Part shown: positions 39,125 through 52,756 of the stretch, piece after piece
Layout of the letters: the number at the start of each line of letters is the position of its first letter
Numbering within the stretch: the stretch's first letter is position 1
DNA from: Felis catus
Taxonomy: Eukaryota
DNA: 64,000 nt
Reading direction: 5' to 3'
NCBI RefSeq assembly: GCF_018350175.1
Contig: NC_058368.1
Location: 39,062,001-39,126,000, forward strand
Program-made: the position numbers and the translations under genes
Notes under the pieces: generated by a model
What the model was told of the DNA's origin: nothing
Database searches by the model: none
What the model saw: only the letters and a program-made list of their open reading frames with translations

Positions 39125-39601
39125 GTATAAGAAATGGGCAGAAGTCATGAATAGATATTTTCCCAAAGAATACATCTATAGATGGCTAACAGACACGTAA
39201 AAAAGATGCTCAACATCATTCATCATTGGGGAAATAAAATCAAAACCACAGTTACACACCACCTCACACATGTCAGAGCAGCTAAAAGTAAACGTAAGAA
39301 ACAACAGATGTTGGTGAGGATGAAGATAAAGGGCGACCCTCTTACACTGTTGGTGGGAATGCAAACTGGTACAGCAACTCTGGAAAACAGTAGGGAGGTT
39401 CCTCAAAAAGTTTAAAATATAACTATCCTGTGACTCAGCATTGCACTACTAGATATTTACCCAACAGATGCAAAAATACTTATTTGAAGGGGCACATGGA
39501 CCCCAATATAGCGGGATTATCAGGAATAGCCAAATTATGGAAAGAACCTCAATGTCCATCAACTGATGAATAGATAAAGAAAAGATGGTATGTGTGTGTC
39601 T

Positions 39602-39650
<49 letters not shown>

Positions 39651-40073
39651 AGAATATTACTCAGCCATCAAAAAGAATGAAATCTTGCCATTCCACAACA
39701 TGGATGGAACTGGAGTGTATTATGCTAAAGTGATATAAGTCAGTCAGACAAAGACAGATACCATGTGATTTTACTCAGATGTGGAATTTAAGAAACAGAT
39801 GAACGTAGGGAAGGGGGAAAATAAAGAGAGGGAGACAAACCGTAAGAGACTCTTATAACTGTAGAGAACAAACAGGATTGCTGGAGGGGTGGGTACGTGG
39901 GGGATGGGCTAAATGGGTGGTGGGTATTGACGAGGGCACTTGTTGTGATGAGCCCTGGGTGTTCTATTGTAAGTGATGATCACTAAATTCTCCTGAAACA
40001 GATATTACATTATATATTAACTAGAATTTATATAAAAACTTTAAAAAAATCAATCAATCTAAGGGGAAAAAAA
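39125..40073 (+). mobile_element. Carnivore L1, 5'-truncated (ORF2 end plus 3'UTR) with internal (CA)n
   Basis: ORF 39182-39415 resembles the L1 ORF2 C-terminus; 13-bp TSD agaaaatagggac at 39112-39124 and 40074-40086. Confidence 0.95.
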
Positions 40074-40659
40074 AGAAAATAGGGACATTTTTGGAAACAG
40101 CATGCAATTTGGATTCAAGAATCCTGGGACCAAACACTTAAAAGTGTGTGGCTTTGGCAAACCTTTCAACTCATCTGTAGATACATACTCAAAGACATGT
40201 TACAAGGCTCAAGAGAGAACATATATAAACATGTATTTTATATGCTTAAATGCACTTTTCCTCTCATCCACTGACCTCTCTAATTACAGCTACCCTAAAA
40301 GGAAGTGAAATAACATGACAATAATAGAATATCCTTCAGAGGTAAAATAGGCCCTGGAGTAGTTGAAAATATCCTGGCTTTGAATACTGGAATAGGAATA
40401 CTAAATACTTTGGGAGAAAAGATTTCTACTGTGGAAAAGACTGATCTGGACATGTATTCCAGATCCACCAATTTTGCTTTGGAAACCTGAGCATGTTGCC
40501 TAAATGACCTGTACCACAGATTCTTTACCTATGTGTCCACCTATTTATCTATCTATAAACCTACCTACATTTATTGGGGAGAACGATCAAGTCTAGAATT
40601 GTTAAAATAATTAATTAGCATTATACTAGATGTTCTGATGTATTGAGGATGGTTAGTAC

Positions 40660-40900
40660 TAATAGCTAATGCTTTTGTAATGCTTAATGTGTGCCTAATC
40701 ATTTGAGCATTTTTATATATTATTAGCTTATTTAATTCCCCAAACAACTTTGAAATAGGAAACATCTATTCAATATTTTATAAAAAAAGAAAACAGGCAC
40801 AGACAGATTAAGGCCATGGTCATGCAGTTAATAAGCAAAAGAGATAGGATATGAATCTCTAGATCAGGCTCCAAATCTATGTCTAACCACTGGCTTATAC
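40660..40900 (-). mobile_element. MIR SINE relic
   Basis: 'tttaattccccaaacaactttgaaatagg...aaacaggcacagacagattaag...catgcagttaataag' is MIR core. Confidence 0.7.
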
Positions 40901-41332
40901 ATTTTAGTTCTCTTTTACTTCCCTCCTAAACTAATAAGTAATTTGACATTATATTCAGCCATTGGTTCTTTATCTGTATAACTAATACATAACACTTTTC
41001 TTCCTTGTCTAACAAATAAATTTGTCATAAGAATAAATGTGGGGCAGAAGTAACATTAATAAGCCACCCTATATTCTTGGCACCTTATTAGATTCTTTTA
41101 CAGATTAGTAAGCAAACTTAGAGGACCAGTGATTATCAAGTCACACATCTATCTACTGAGGGACATGAGAGATTCTAAAGTCCAAACCATTTCTACCAAA
41201 GTATCTGGGCCTCATGAAATAAAACAAGATATTATATAATATGAAGTATAAGCATGACATACTTTTTAAAATATACAGGGAAGAAGGAAACAAAACTCCC
41301 TAGAAATGATACTGCAGCTGTTTTGACCCACA

Positions 41333-41545
41333 TAGGAGCTGGCAAACTTTTTCTGTAAAGGGACGGAGAGTAAATATTTTCAGCTTTGTAGGCTATGTAG
41401 TCTCTTGAAATTTATCACTTCTGTTGTAGTGAAAAAGCAGTCATAGATAATACATAAATGAATGAGCAGAGCTGTGTTTTAATAAAACTTTATTTCACAA
41501 ACAGATGGTGAGCCTGATTTGGCTCATGGTATCATTTGCCGGTGT
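41333..41545 (+). mobile_element. MER58A-like non-autonomous hAT-Charlie element
   Basis: 'ggcaaactttttctgtaaaggg...gtaaatattttcagctttgtagg...aataaaactttattt...gatttggctcatgg...tttgcc'. Confidence 0.85.
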
Positions 41546-44189
41546 AGGTAAATACCTCAAATTTAAATCTGTGAAGAAGGCAATATATATTAAAACAGCA
41601 AACTAAAAATGTTCTCTTGGTCTAAAAGGAGTATTTCTTAAATAATAATGCTAATGATAGTTTTTGCATTACACATTCTACTTGTCTTAAGGACTTATGT
41701 AAATCATATAAGATCTTTCTGAAGTAGGTATATTTTATAGGTAAGAGGCTAAGCAAAATTTCTAGAGATCCACATCTAATCAGCAGTGAGGCTGAGGTCT
41801 GAACCTAGTCAGTCACCCTAGCTCTGTCATCTTGACTTTTACACATTATCCTCTCTCTACTAGATCCATTGACCTTTTAACTTCTATAACTAAGGTTGAT
41901 TAAACTTTAATCTTAACACCACAGACATTGACTGAGGTTGAATAACTTAATCTTCTCTTCATGCCAGTGCTTCATTTTAATAAAAAATAAATAAATTATT
42001 ACATATATGGAAGTGTTGGTTTTCATGTAGAAGGATCAACAGTCAATAAAACTCCTATCACCAAATAGTGATCATTTTATCTGAAACTATATTTATTGAC
42101 CAAAATTTTAGTTTTAATTGATGTTACCAGCATTATAGATGTATAAAAGAGACAGAACCATATTTACTTATTAACTTAACATTATTAAGTTGAATCCTAT
42201 AAGATTTTGGATATTTAGATTTTGTAGGCTCAACACCTAGATCAGTGTCCATTCTTTACTGTTTTATGCAGTGGTGTAATCATGAATCATTTTACCTGTA
42301 AAATAGAAATAAATTAATCATTTGATCTTTGCAAATAATTTTTGCATCTTCAAGTGAAGGTTGGTTTGTACCAGTTTACATTTAAAATGATAAGTGATGT
42401 TAATATTATTAAGATGGTAATGACAAGAAAATGTCAACTGTTAATAAAATATTTTATATGTACATAGATGTTTGAAAGTTACCAAATTTAGTATGATTCT
42501 TAATATTATAAACTATATATTGGCATATGTTGGAATGTTTCCTTACTAGAAACAAGAACAATTCATGTGTATATTGTAAAGGTTTTTATAAGTGATATTC
42601 AGATTTTTAAGTTACATTTTAAGGAGACTACATAAAAATGTTTTCAATATAATACCAGTGTCGATACTACATTAAATTGGAAAGCTGTATAAAATTGTAA
42701 GATATTTGAGTATATATACTGAGAAAAGAACAATATTTTATTTCAACTCTCATTACAATAAGTTACTAAAAATGAAATGATGTTGCATTCTCATTTAATT
42801 TCAACAAATTATGTGATGTAAATTTAGAAAAAAAATTATTTCTCACATTACTCAGTATTTTTTAAATAGATGTTAATTGTACTGTTATGTTAAAAAGCTC
42901 AACACATTATGCTAGGAAAGCTTGGGGGGAAAAATCCAATAAGCTCCCTTCAGTCTAAATCACCATCAAGGGAACAGAAACAAGTATGTGTCAGTATGCT
43001 CAGTATTGTAGCCCAGGGGGACATAACACTTGCTATGTGTGGGGAAGAAACAGCAGGACTTTTCAGTAAAAAGGAGACAGGGAAAACTTGTGATCACAAA
43101 ACAGAAAAGCATATTGCTGATAAGACATAAGTGTTAGAGGCTTTCTACAACCTCAAGCTGTGCTTCTCCCAACAAAAATCTCATACTAATTTACACAAGG
43201 CAATTTTAGTTGCACAGCTAGAAAGAACTATGAAAAATGAAATTAGTTGTTCTTTTAGTAGGGATGATTCATTGCAAACTTTGAAAGTGCTTTTCTCTTT
43301 TGGATTCTGTTAAAATAGCTGACACTAGAATTGCCTTATAAAATTGTTCATTTTAAAGAAGGGAGAATAGTGCTTTTAAAAATACATTTGAATGTATTCT
43401 TACTCTTTTCCATGAGAATTTTCATGAAATTTGTATACTTGGATGAAAGCAAGATTAAACCACACTTACAATGTTGCTTAAAACCTGCAGGTTTAGCCTT
43501 GCTCTAATTAAAGATGCACCATCACCTGTGCAAAGACCATTATCCATCATTTATTCCAGAAGTGCAGTATAGACAGGAGGGGTTGTGAAGGAAGTGGAGT
43601 GTAAACAGAGTATCCTGTCCAAATCCTGTCTTGGCTTGGCTTCTTATTTTTCTATTGTTTCCCAACCCAGAATATATAGATCTGTCACATTGACATGGAA
43701 AGAGAAAGGGATACTCTTTTTTTTCAAAGTCTGTGGTGTTTGTGACATCATGAATTTAAATTAAAAAGGAAAAAAAATGGAATCAAACCAGTTGAGTTGA
43801 AGTGATTCTGTAGACTGTAATATGGAGTGTTTCTGAATAATTATTTTCTGGAAGTGATTCATGATTGGTCATGGTAGCCTGACAAGACTTTATTTGTGGC
43901 TCATCATAATTCCAGTTAGGCTCATTTTTTTCAGGACCAGAAAACTCAGAGAGAAGTAGTGTCTTAGGAAGTGAGAAAAATGAATTTTCTAGGATTGAGT
44001 GAGTTCACAAAAGAAATCAAAGGGATTCTGGCTTTCATTTGTTCATTTTACTTTGTCTAAGTTGTATTCATTATATTTCTATCAGAGTTACGGTCGCACA
44101 GGATTTTTAGAGTGAAGCTAGTGCACTCACTGTTTCTGTGCACTAACCATTTGTCACCCATGTAGAGAATATCTGGATGAGATTCTTAC

Positions 44190-44440
44190 AACAACTACTA
44201 ATACTATATAACATTCACTTTGTACTATATTCCAGGAACTATGGTCTGCCTTCGCATATTATATCATGTCCCATTTAATTATTTGAAATCTGTATACTTT
44301 AGCTTTCATTATGACCTTTTTTACAGATGACATTGAGACTCAGACATTTTAACAAAATCATCTAAATCCTCAGAGATAATTAGTGGTTAGTCCATGACTC
44401 AGACACTCTACTTACTGAATTTAAAATCCATTTCTGGAAA
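44190..44440 (-). mobile_element. MIR relic
   Basis: 'ttttacagatgacattgagactcagac' is MIR core. Confidence 0.6.
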
Positions 44441-45883
44441 CCAAATGTGTATATATGTAGTCTCTCATCTCCGTATTTCCTAGCTGGTTTTACTCTCATT
44501 TATTTATTACTGTTAGGAAATTCTGTTCAGGAGGCTAAGGGTAATATCTACAAATGAAACCTTAAGTTAGGCATTCAGTGGTCAAAACCTGCACATAGAG
44601 ATCAGATCTCTAGTCTTTGGTCTCTGACACAGATGTCTGTAATGTCACTTGGGTTAACCTAACTTGTTTGCTTTAAGTGCTCACTCATTTAGCCACCTGA
44701 AGAAAATTTCAGATAATCTATAAAGCTCCTTTTCTATGAAGTATTGGAACTATACAAAGCTTATGGTTATTTAAATCACTTTCAAGTAAATACTTTTCCT
44801 TCTTTCTTTGATCATGTACAGATAATACGATTATAAAATTTAAGATACTTTTTTTCAAAGGAGTATTCTGTGTCTCTATGGGTAGAACTACTTTCATTGG
44901 TAAAATAATTTGAAAAAGTAAAGAAAGATTGAAAGAAAGACTGAAGGAAGGAAATCCTAAAATAGTCACAAAACAATCAATAAAATAATTAAAATTTTTC
45001 TTTACCATAGTTAAGCCATTCCCACCATATCTATATCTATCTGAATACATACACACACACACACACTCACACACACATTTAGTCTTTGAAATGTCATTAG
45101 ATCCTTGGATAATACCTGAAAAAATAAATTTTCTAAGATATATTCTTCACACTATTAATAGAATGAATATTTTGTGGCTTTTCAGTAGAGACCATTTTCT
45201 TGTGAATCGTAAATTATAATACTAAAATATAAGTAGTAAGTATTGCATAATGAATAAGAAAAGTTGCTCTGGAGTAAAAATATCTTTTAATGTGGCCTTT
45301 AGAACTCACCAGTCATGAGAACTTAGTCTCACAATCTCACCTCTGCATTTCAACTTCCTTCATGATAAAATATGCATTATTTAAATTTAAGACTCACTGA
45401 GTTGTAATTAAATTAGATAATGCATGGAAATGTTAGGTACAGTGCCCAAATGTGTCAAGCACTCAACAAAAAGGTAATTATTGTTATTAATATTAACAAA
45501 CATTTTGATCTTAAAAAATATATATCAGAATATGCTGGATTTCACTATTGTCAGATGGCATTGTTGACTTCTCATTCTTATTTAAGCCATTTTGATATTT
45601 GTGACACCACCATTATTTGGCTATCTCCTCATAGCTGGCTTTCAATCTATAAGCACCAGTATGGACATAAAAATTGCTAAAATATTAAGACACATCCCTT
45701 TTTAGGAATAGTACAATAATATTTGATAGAGTGCATGATACAATAAGAAGGTAAGTTATATTAATAATTTAAATTAGAAAATAAAATTATTAATTCACAC
45801 CAATTTCCATAGGATTGAGTGTCAGTCACCGATAAATTGTTCCCTTTTGTTGCATGATTTAGTTAATAATAGAGAAAATGTCT

Positions 45884-46081
45884 GGATCCCTGGTTGGCTC
45901 AGTCGGTTAAGTGTCCGACTCTTGATTTCAGCTCAGGGCATGATCTCATGGTTTGAGTTTGAGCCCCACATCGGGCTCTGTGCTAACAACATGAAGCTTG
46001 CTTGGGATTCTCTCTCTCTCTCCCTCTCTCTGCTCTTCCCCACTCTTTCACTCTCTCTCTAAATAAATAAATTTTTAAATA
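45884..46081 (+). mobile_element. Can-SINE
   Basis: 'ggctcagtcggttaagtgtccgactcttgatttcagctcagg'; TSD aataatagagaaa. Confidence 0.95.
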
Positions 46082-46909
46082 AATAATAGAGAAAGTGTAT
46101 ATAAAAAAATTTCAGCTAGTATCATAATGGCTAGAACGTCCTAGGTAACAGTCCAAACAGTGAACAAACTTTGTGCTTCCTCTTATTTCTTTCTCTTTCT
46201 TTCTCTCCCTTCCATCATTCTCTTTTTCCCTAATTCCTTCCTCCCTCTCTACCTCCTTCTCATCCTTCCCTCCTTCCCTTCCCCACTTTTAATTGCTAAG
46301 GCGAATTTGCAGTTACTTTGGTTGAAAAGTCCTGTTGGCATTTGCTAATTCTGAGTAAATATCATATGTCTGGGGAAACCTTTACATAAAATAGCCACAC
46401 GTGTGTTGGAAAAAGCAGAGATTGTGGGGTGGGAGATATTGCAACACATATCCACATAAAAATAACACAGTGATATAGCTTAGGATTTGGTCCCCTGGAA
46501 GTTAAAAGACAACCTCACATAAAGGTGACAGTGCATTACAGTGGTGAAAATAAATCTTTTCAATAATTAGTGTTAGTTAATAAGATATGGAGAAACATGG
46601 AGAAAGACAATATTCATCTTAGCACAAATATACACAAAAATTAATTTCAATTGATTGGAGATTTAAGTCCTAATGATGAAATAATAAGTATTTAGAGGAA
46701 CAGATGGGGAAAAATAATTTTGTCAACTTAAAATGGGCAAAGGACACTTAAACATGATAAAACATATTGAGGGTTGATGGGGATAGAGATAAACTGTGAC
46801 ACTCATACATAACTGGTTGGTTTGTAAATTGATAACAGGTTTTGAAAACTCTCAGTAGCTACCATAGGTGAATATATATGTATCCTTTGATCCTATTTAA
46901 TTTGGCTTC

Positions 46910-48132
46910 AGTCTCCCGTTGTTCCATCTGCTAAAAATCTTCTATTTTAGTCCTACCAAATCCTTTTCATTTTTCTAACCTTCTAATGTCATAGTCTTGA
47001 AATTGACTTTTCTTCTGTATTTTTAATTGCTCCCAGAGTGATATAAGTTTAGTCTTATGAAGGTAAAATTTGATATATATGATAACATCACACACATTTA
47101 TGTTCCCTGCCATTATGTGTTCTTTAAACTCCAGACAGTTGCTGGAATTTTAATAGATAGTGAGGCGTGTAAACATACCTTCATTCAGGAGAGTCCTACT
47201 TTATTATGCTGGTGTAATTACTAAGTTAATGTGACCAGATCTAAACTTTTTATTACCCTACACAAATGGCCTCCTTCTCAAGGATTCCTTGTTTTAAAAA
47301 AAAATCAACTCTATTAATCTTGTAAGTCAGAACCTAACACTTGGCTTCTCACTCTCTCAACAACTTCACATCTAATAGACCTGGAAATCCTGTTGATGGC
47401 ATCAATAAAATACTGAACATGACCATTACTCTCCATATTCACTTCTAACACTCTGGTCTAATCTACCATCCTTGTTCACCTAAAACGTGGAAATCAAACC
47501 CTACTTGATCACTCTGCTTTATCTCTTATTCTCACAGAATCTGTTTTTCATACGGAAGCCAGGGTAATTCTTTCAAAATATAAATCTGAACTCAAAATAT
47601 TTTCTCATAACTCTGAATAAAATCCAGTATCCATTTCCTGACTTGGAAGGCCGTATATTTATGGCTCCTGATTTCTGCTTAAATCTCATCTCCCTGATTT
47701 TCACTTGCACTCATCTTGCCCCATCCCCACTGCTTCCTTGTAGTTCCTCAAATACTCCAAGCACTTTCCCCTTATGCTCATTGCGTTAGTTGTTCCTTTC
47801 ACCTGAAAACCAGCTCCCTTGGATATTAATGTAGCTAAGTACTTCCATTCAGTCAAGGTGCTGCCCCAAATATCCCCTCTACAGGTAAGGCCTTTTCAAC
47901 CATTCTTTCTAAAATCTTCTCCTATTCGTAGCTTGTGGTCCTGCACTGTTTGAATTCAAAGCAGTTATAACCACTTCACATTACTGATCATTTATTTACT
48001 CTTTATCTTCCTCACTAGGCTGTATACTTTGTGATGGCAAGAACTTTGTCTTATTTGATTAAACACTCTATCTCAAGGGCCAAACAGTAGGCATGTAGGA
48101 AATACTTAATATATAATTTTGAATGAATGAAT
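46910..48132 (+). mobile_element. L2 3' portion
   Basis: Pyrimidine-rich; 'gaagccagggtaattctttcaaaatataaatctga', 'ggccttttcaaccattct'; ends tgaatgaatgaa. Confidence 0.8.
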
Positions 48133-50477
48133 AAGTTCAATACTCATTCATTTAAGGTATGATATGTGTATATATGTATATGGAAACCTCCATTATATCA
48201 TCACCACAATCAAGGTTTAAGAGATATCCAGTCCTTTGTAATAATTTCTACATACCTCTTTGTTTAGTGTGTGGTAAGAATAGTGAACATGAGAGAAAAC
48301 TAATATGCAGTCGTATGAAGAGTCTTCATTTAAAAGTATTTCATGAGTGTATATTATTTTTTAAAGTACTGTGTTCAAGCTCTTACCCTTCAATAATAAG
48401 CATTATCCAGAAAAAGAAAGATGTTAATCAGTAATCACACACAATGGGCAATCATTAACAAATTTAAGATGTTCTAAGTTAGAGGTGTTTAAGTCATAGA
48501 AATCAGACATGATTATACTGAGGAAATGATAACTGAGCATATATACGATTGATATGTAGGAGTCATTAATGCCGAGAGGTAGAAGGGTGACTGTTCCATC
48601 TGAGACGGTAGAAACTTGAGTTGTGTTGTCACTCTTTTGCATTTCAAAAAGCTCTGCCCTCTGACTGAGCTATGGAGAAATGTTCCTTGAAGGCAGATAA
48701 CAGAAGAGGCAGGCACAAGTAAAGAAGAAAGCAAACAAGCACAGCTATTTGTTGGCAAGCCTGAGATTTGGTCCCAGTTTTTTTCTCATTCTAAGAATTA
48801 GCATATGGTATGATATCTGTATCTCTTCCCCACTACCTATTAGATCTTCGACGTTATGGGCTGAGCTTTGGTCATCTTCATATCTCCAACTCCAAACACA
48901 GTGTCTTGAACATATTAGGTACTCAGTAGCTATCTACGGAGTAAAATTATGAAATGTAAGTCTCTTAAAGATCACCATTAAAATGTTTGCAACTAGTGTT
49001 TTTTGGGACCAGACCCAAACTCTAGGCCCATGGCAAGAATTGAAACGAATTTTGGAACCCAAGATAAAACCTGTGTCCTAGGTATCTGCTTTAACATTTA
49101 AGTTTTTTCCCATTTTGCTGCCCTTTGTGAACATTTAATGATGTTTCATGTCTATGAATTAAGCAGTGAACTCCAGTAAGTGAATGATGGTGATAAGATT
49201 AATGCCACCTTTATCAAAATAACCTTAGATTATATTCCTTCACCAGTAAAATTGGGTTTAATTTTATATAGCTAAGAAGGAAAGATGAATGCATCATAAA
49301 TTTAACTTTATATAAACACCTCTCTCTTCATTAATTTTTCTGTGTGTGTGTCTCTGTCTCCATCTCTCTCTCTCTCATACCCTTAGCATTCAGAATGATA
49401 CATAGCAAATTTCAGACATTCAAGAAATACAATGATTTCGTTTCATTATGAAAATCTACTTTTCTCATACATTTTATATAATAATAGATATAATATATTT
49501 CCAAATAATAATATAAAAGACTACCACTCAGCAGTATCTAAAGTGACTGTCCACTTCACATGCTTATTTTAATTCCTTCACTGAACAAATCAACATGGCA
49601 CTCAGTTCATCCCATCTAATTTTCTTAGTGCCAGCCTCCTACAAGTTAATCTAAGAATAACAATAATGCACCAACAGGAGACAGTATTCATTTTATTTTC
49701 GTCTAAGGAGTAATCCTTATTGTTATCCACAAAGTAGAGACTGTGTTTGTTATTAATTCATAATTTCAAAAAAGTTTGAAAAATCTGCATTTTTTGGCAT
49801 AAATTATTTTGAAATAATTAGGCATGAAAAATTAATTTTGTTACCTAATTTTGAATAAGTTAATTTTACTAAGGTCTTTTACAAAGGTCATTCTCTCTTT
49901 TCTAGGCATCATTCCATCATCCCATATATATTTAATATATTTAAATTTTTGTTAGTTTTGTCTTTACCAGCTAAGCAGTCTGGTGCATGAAAAAAGAAAA
50001 GACCAAAATAAAAGAAGCACTCTTTTTTTGATAACTTACATTTTAATTATATTTTTCCCAAATTAGATTTTTCTCTTGGCTTTGATTACCAATAGATTAT
50101 CAGGGTGCATATACTGTACCTTTTTAGTCACATTCAAGTAGATACTTATTCATTAAGGCTCTGTGTATATAGATAACCTTGATTAAATAGGAATCTAATA
50201 TCCCTGCCTATATAATGTTCATGGGTTCAGCAAAACAACGTATGGCTTAAATATACCCAGTGATTCTCTACCAGAATCAAACTAATATTGAATAGGATGA
50301 TCTTAAATGAGCATAGTTTATATAAAGCCCATATATGATAAAAATAGTTTGCTGACATGAGTTTTTGGTGTAACATTGAGTTAGTACTGATGTGGAAATG
50401 TTTTATAAAAACAAAAAATAAACTTAGATTATAGTCATTTGATTAGATGTTTACTTAAAAAGATAATAAATAGTAAA

Positions 50478-50948
50478 AGTTAAATATTGAGGTCGTTTAA
50501 AAATGGCCACGAATTCTTTGCTGATTCTTCCATCAATTGGTAGCATACATTTCCCTTTCCTTGGATCTGATCTTTTCCTCTGATTAATGCAATGAAATGA
50601 CACTGGGAGATTTCTGAGCCTCAATGTTAAGGAAACTTGCAGCTTTCTCTGTTGTTCTTTTGGAACTTTGAGAATATTATGCTGTGATGAAGCTCCAGAA
50701 TGAAGGAACACATGGGGAAAGAGACTGGGTCATTCTAGCTAAGGCTTCAAACACCTGACCATGAGTGAAACCGTCTTAGACATTGAACTCCAGTCAAGCT
50801 GCACGCTAACCCCAGAGGAAGGAGTCCAGGCAAGGTCACCAGAGAAGCACGCAGCCGACCCACAAAATTATGGGAAATGATTAATCTGTATCATTTTAAG
50901 TCACTGGTTTTGGAGACATTTGTAAGACAGTAGTAGATATTTTAAACA
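50478..50948 (+). mobile_element. MaLR LTR (MLT1E/F-like)
   Basis: 'aaaatggccacgaattctttgc...gaaacttgcagctttct...catgagtgaaaccgtcttagaca...ttttaagtcactggttttgga...agtagata'. Confidence 0.75.
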
Positions 50949-52408
50949 GTTCATATATATGCAGGATGGTGTGATAAAGTGAACACCAAGTGACATAGGA
51001 GAAAACTTAAGGTATTAGGAAGGAGGAAAATTTCAAAAAGAACTGTTAAAGAATATATAATTAAGCAGAGAGCTTTAAAGGGATTAAAAATTTCATTAGA
51101 AATGGAGTCATATTGTTGCTTCTTTACTCTCTACTTTCATTCTTTAAACTTCATTTTACTCTTGTGCTCAGGTTCAGACACTGTGGTATTACTTTTTTCT
51201 TCTTCCTATTTTGCATTCTTAAAGACCTGTTCAAGATTGAATTTTGCTAGGTAAAACGTGTGACCTGAGTGATAATGGGAACATTTTATTTTCACATTCA
51301 GTCTATCAAGTGTTGCCTTTTTCTCTTTTATTACTTTTAGATTTGTCTCATTAGGTTAATAAATAAAATAAAGAAAATGTGATTAATAAAATAAAGACAA
51401 CATGTAACATAGATGCATATATGTATGAATAATTGAAATAAAAACAATTGTTTGAAAGACATTAAAAAATTGTCTCAGTTAAGATTTATTCCACCTGAAT
51501 GTCTTTATGTGAGAAAATATTAATTTCTGTAATATGGTAATTTGTCCTATATATGTCACAATCATATTTTCTTTGTTAAATAGCCTAAGATTATGCTGCT
51601 GCTTCTGGTCAGGGGCCACACATTGAGAATTACTGTATTAGATTTTTCGAGCAACTGGAAATAAGATAGTTATAGCTATATAAAATCTGTGCAAGTAAAA
51701 AATAATCAGTTTTAAAAAGCAAAATATTGCATAATAAAATTATCATAGTAATGACCAATATTTATGTAATCCATAATGCTATAAACACTTACGTATTAAG
51801 AAAAAAATGTGATATTTGTCCATAGAAGTTTTAGAAAATCGGAATGTTGTAGTGTAAAAAACCAGTTATCACCAACTAAAAAAGAAACTAGGTATCTAGG
51901 TAAATTTTTTTATGTAGAAAATTGATGTACATAAAAAAATTGTCAAGCTTTTATGTCTCAACTTTGTGCAGGGGCCAGAATAGAGTTTGAGATTAGGATG
52001 GTGTAAAGTTCTACTCTCTGTCATTAGAAGAAATTAAATCTCTTTATTTTTCAATGCTGTGCATTTAGAGATAGAGATTTATAGATATAGATAATTCTGT
52101 GTGTTATTTCTCTAGTTTATATAGAAATATAGGTTTGTATATTTATATACATAGAGAAATTTATACATATGTATTAACGTCTATATATTTATAAATCTCT
52201 ATCGAGAGAGATACATACATATAAACACATACACATGCACACACATTTTTACTCTATTCATTCTTTTTCTCTGGAGAACTTGTACACAACTTGTATTGAT
52301 AATATTTTGTATCAGTTCTTATTTCATATATGATAAAAACTCTAAAATGCTGTAACACTCTGGAAAACATTTTGGCTTAGTAAGGAAAATTAAAAACATT
52401 CATTCCTT

Positions 52409-52756
52409 GGGCACCTGGGTGGCTCAGTTGGTTGAGCGTCTGACTCTTAATCTCGGCTCAGGTTTGTGGGATCTGACCTCATTCACCAACACAAAACATA
52501 CAACCAGGACACACACACACAAACACACACACACACAAAGGCCTTGGAGGAGACTGTCAAGTACTTTGAAGGACAGGAAGGAATGAACACAGCTGGGTGG
52601 ACTTTGGTTTGTGGGATCGAGCCCCATGTCAGGCTCAGCTCTGACAGCCAGGAGAGTGCTTGGGATTCTCCCCCTCCCCCGCTCATGCGTGCGTTCTCTC
52701 TGTCTCTGTCTCTGTCTCTCTCTCACTCAAAATAAATAAACTGAGAAAAATTAAAG
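52409..52756 (+). mobile_element. Can-SINE containing a 132-bp non-SINE insert
   Basis: SINE head 52409-52473 and body 52606-52756; outer TSD aaaacattca(t/g)tcct. Confidence 0.93.

Noticed and set aside
39886..39925. G-quadruplex-like motif
   Set aside because: Standard G-rich tract of the L1 3'UTR.
43481..43494. 14-bp perfect palindrome aaacctgcaggttt
   Set aside because: Several palindromes of this length are expected by chance in 64 kb.
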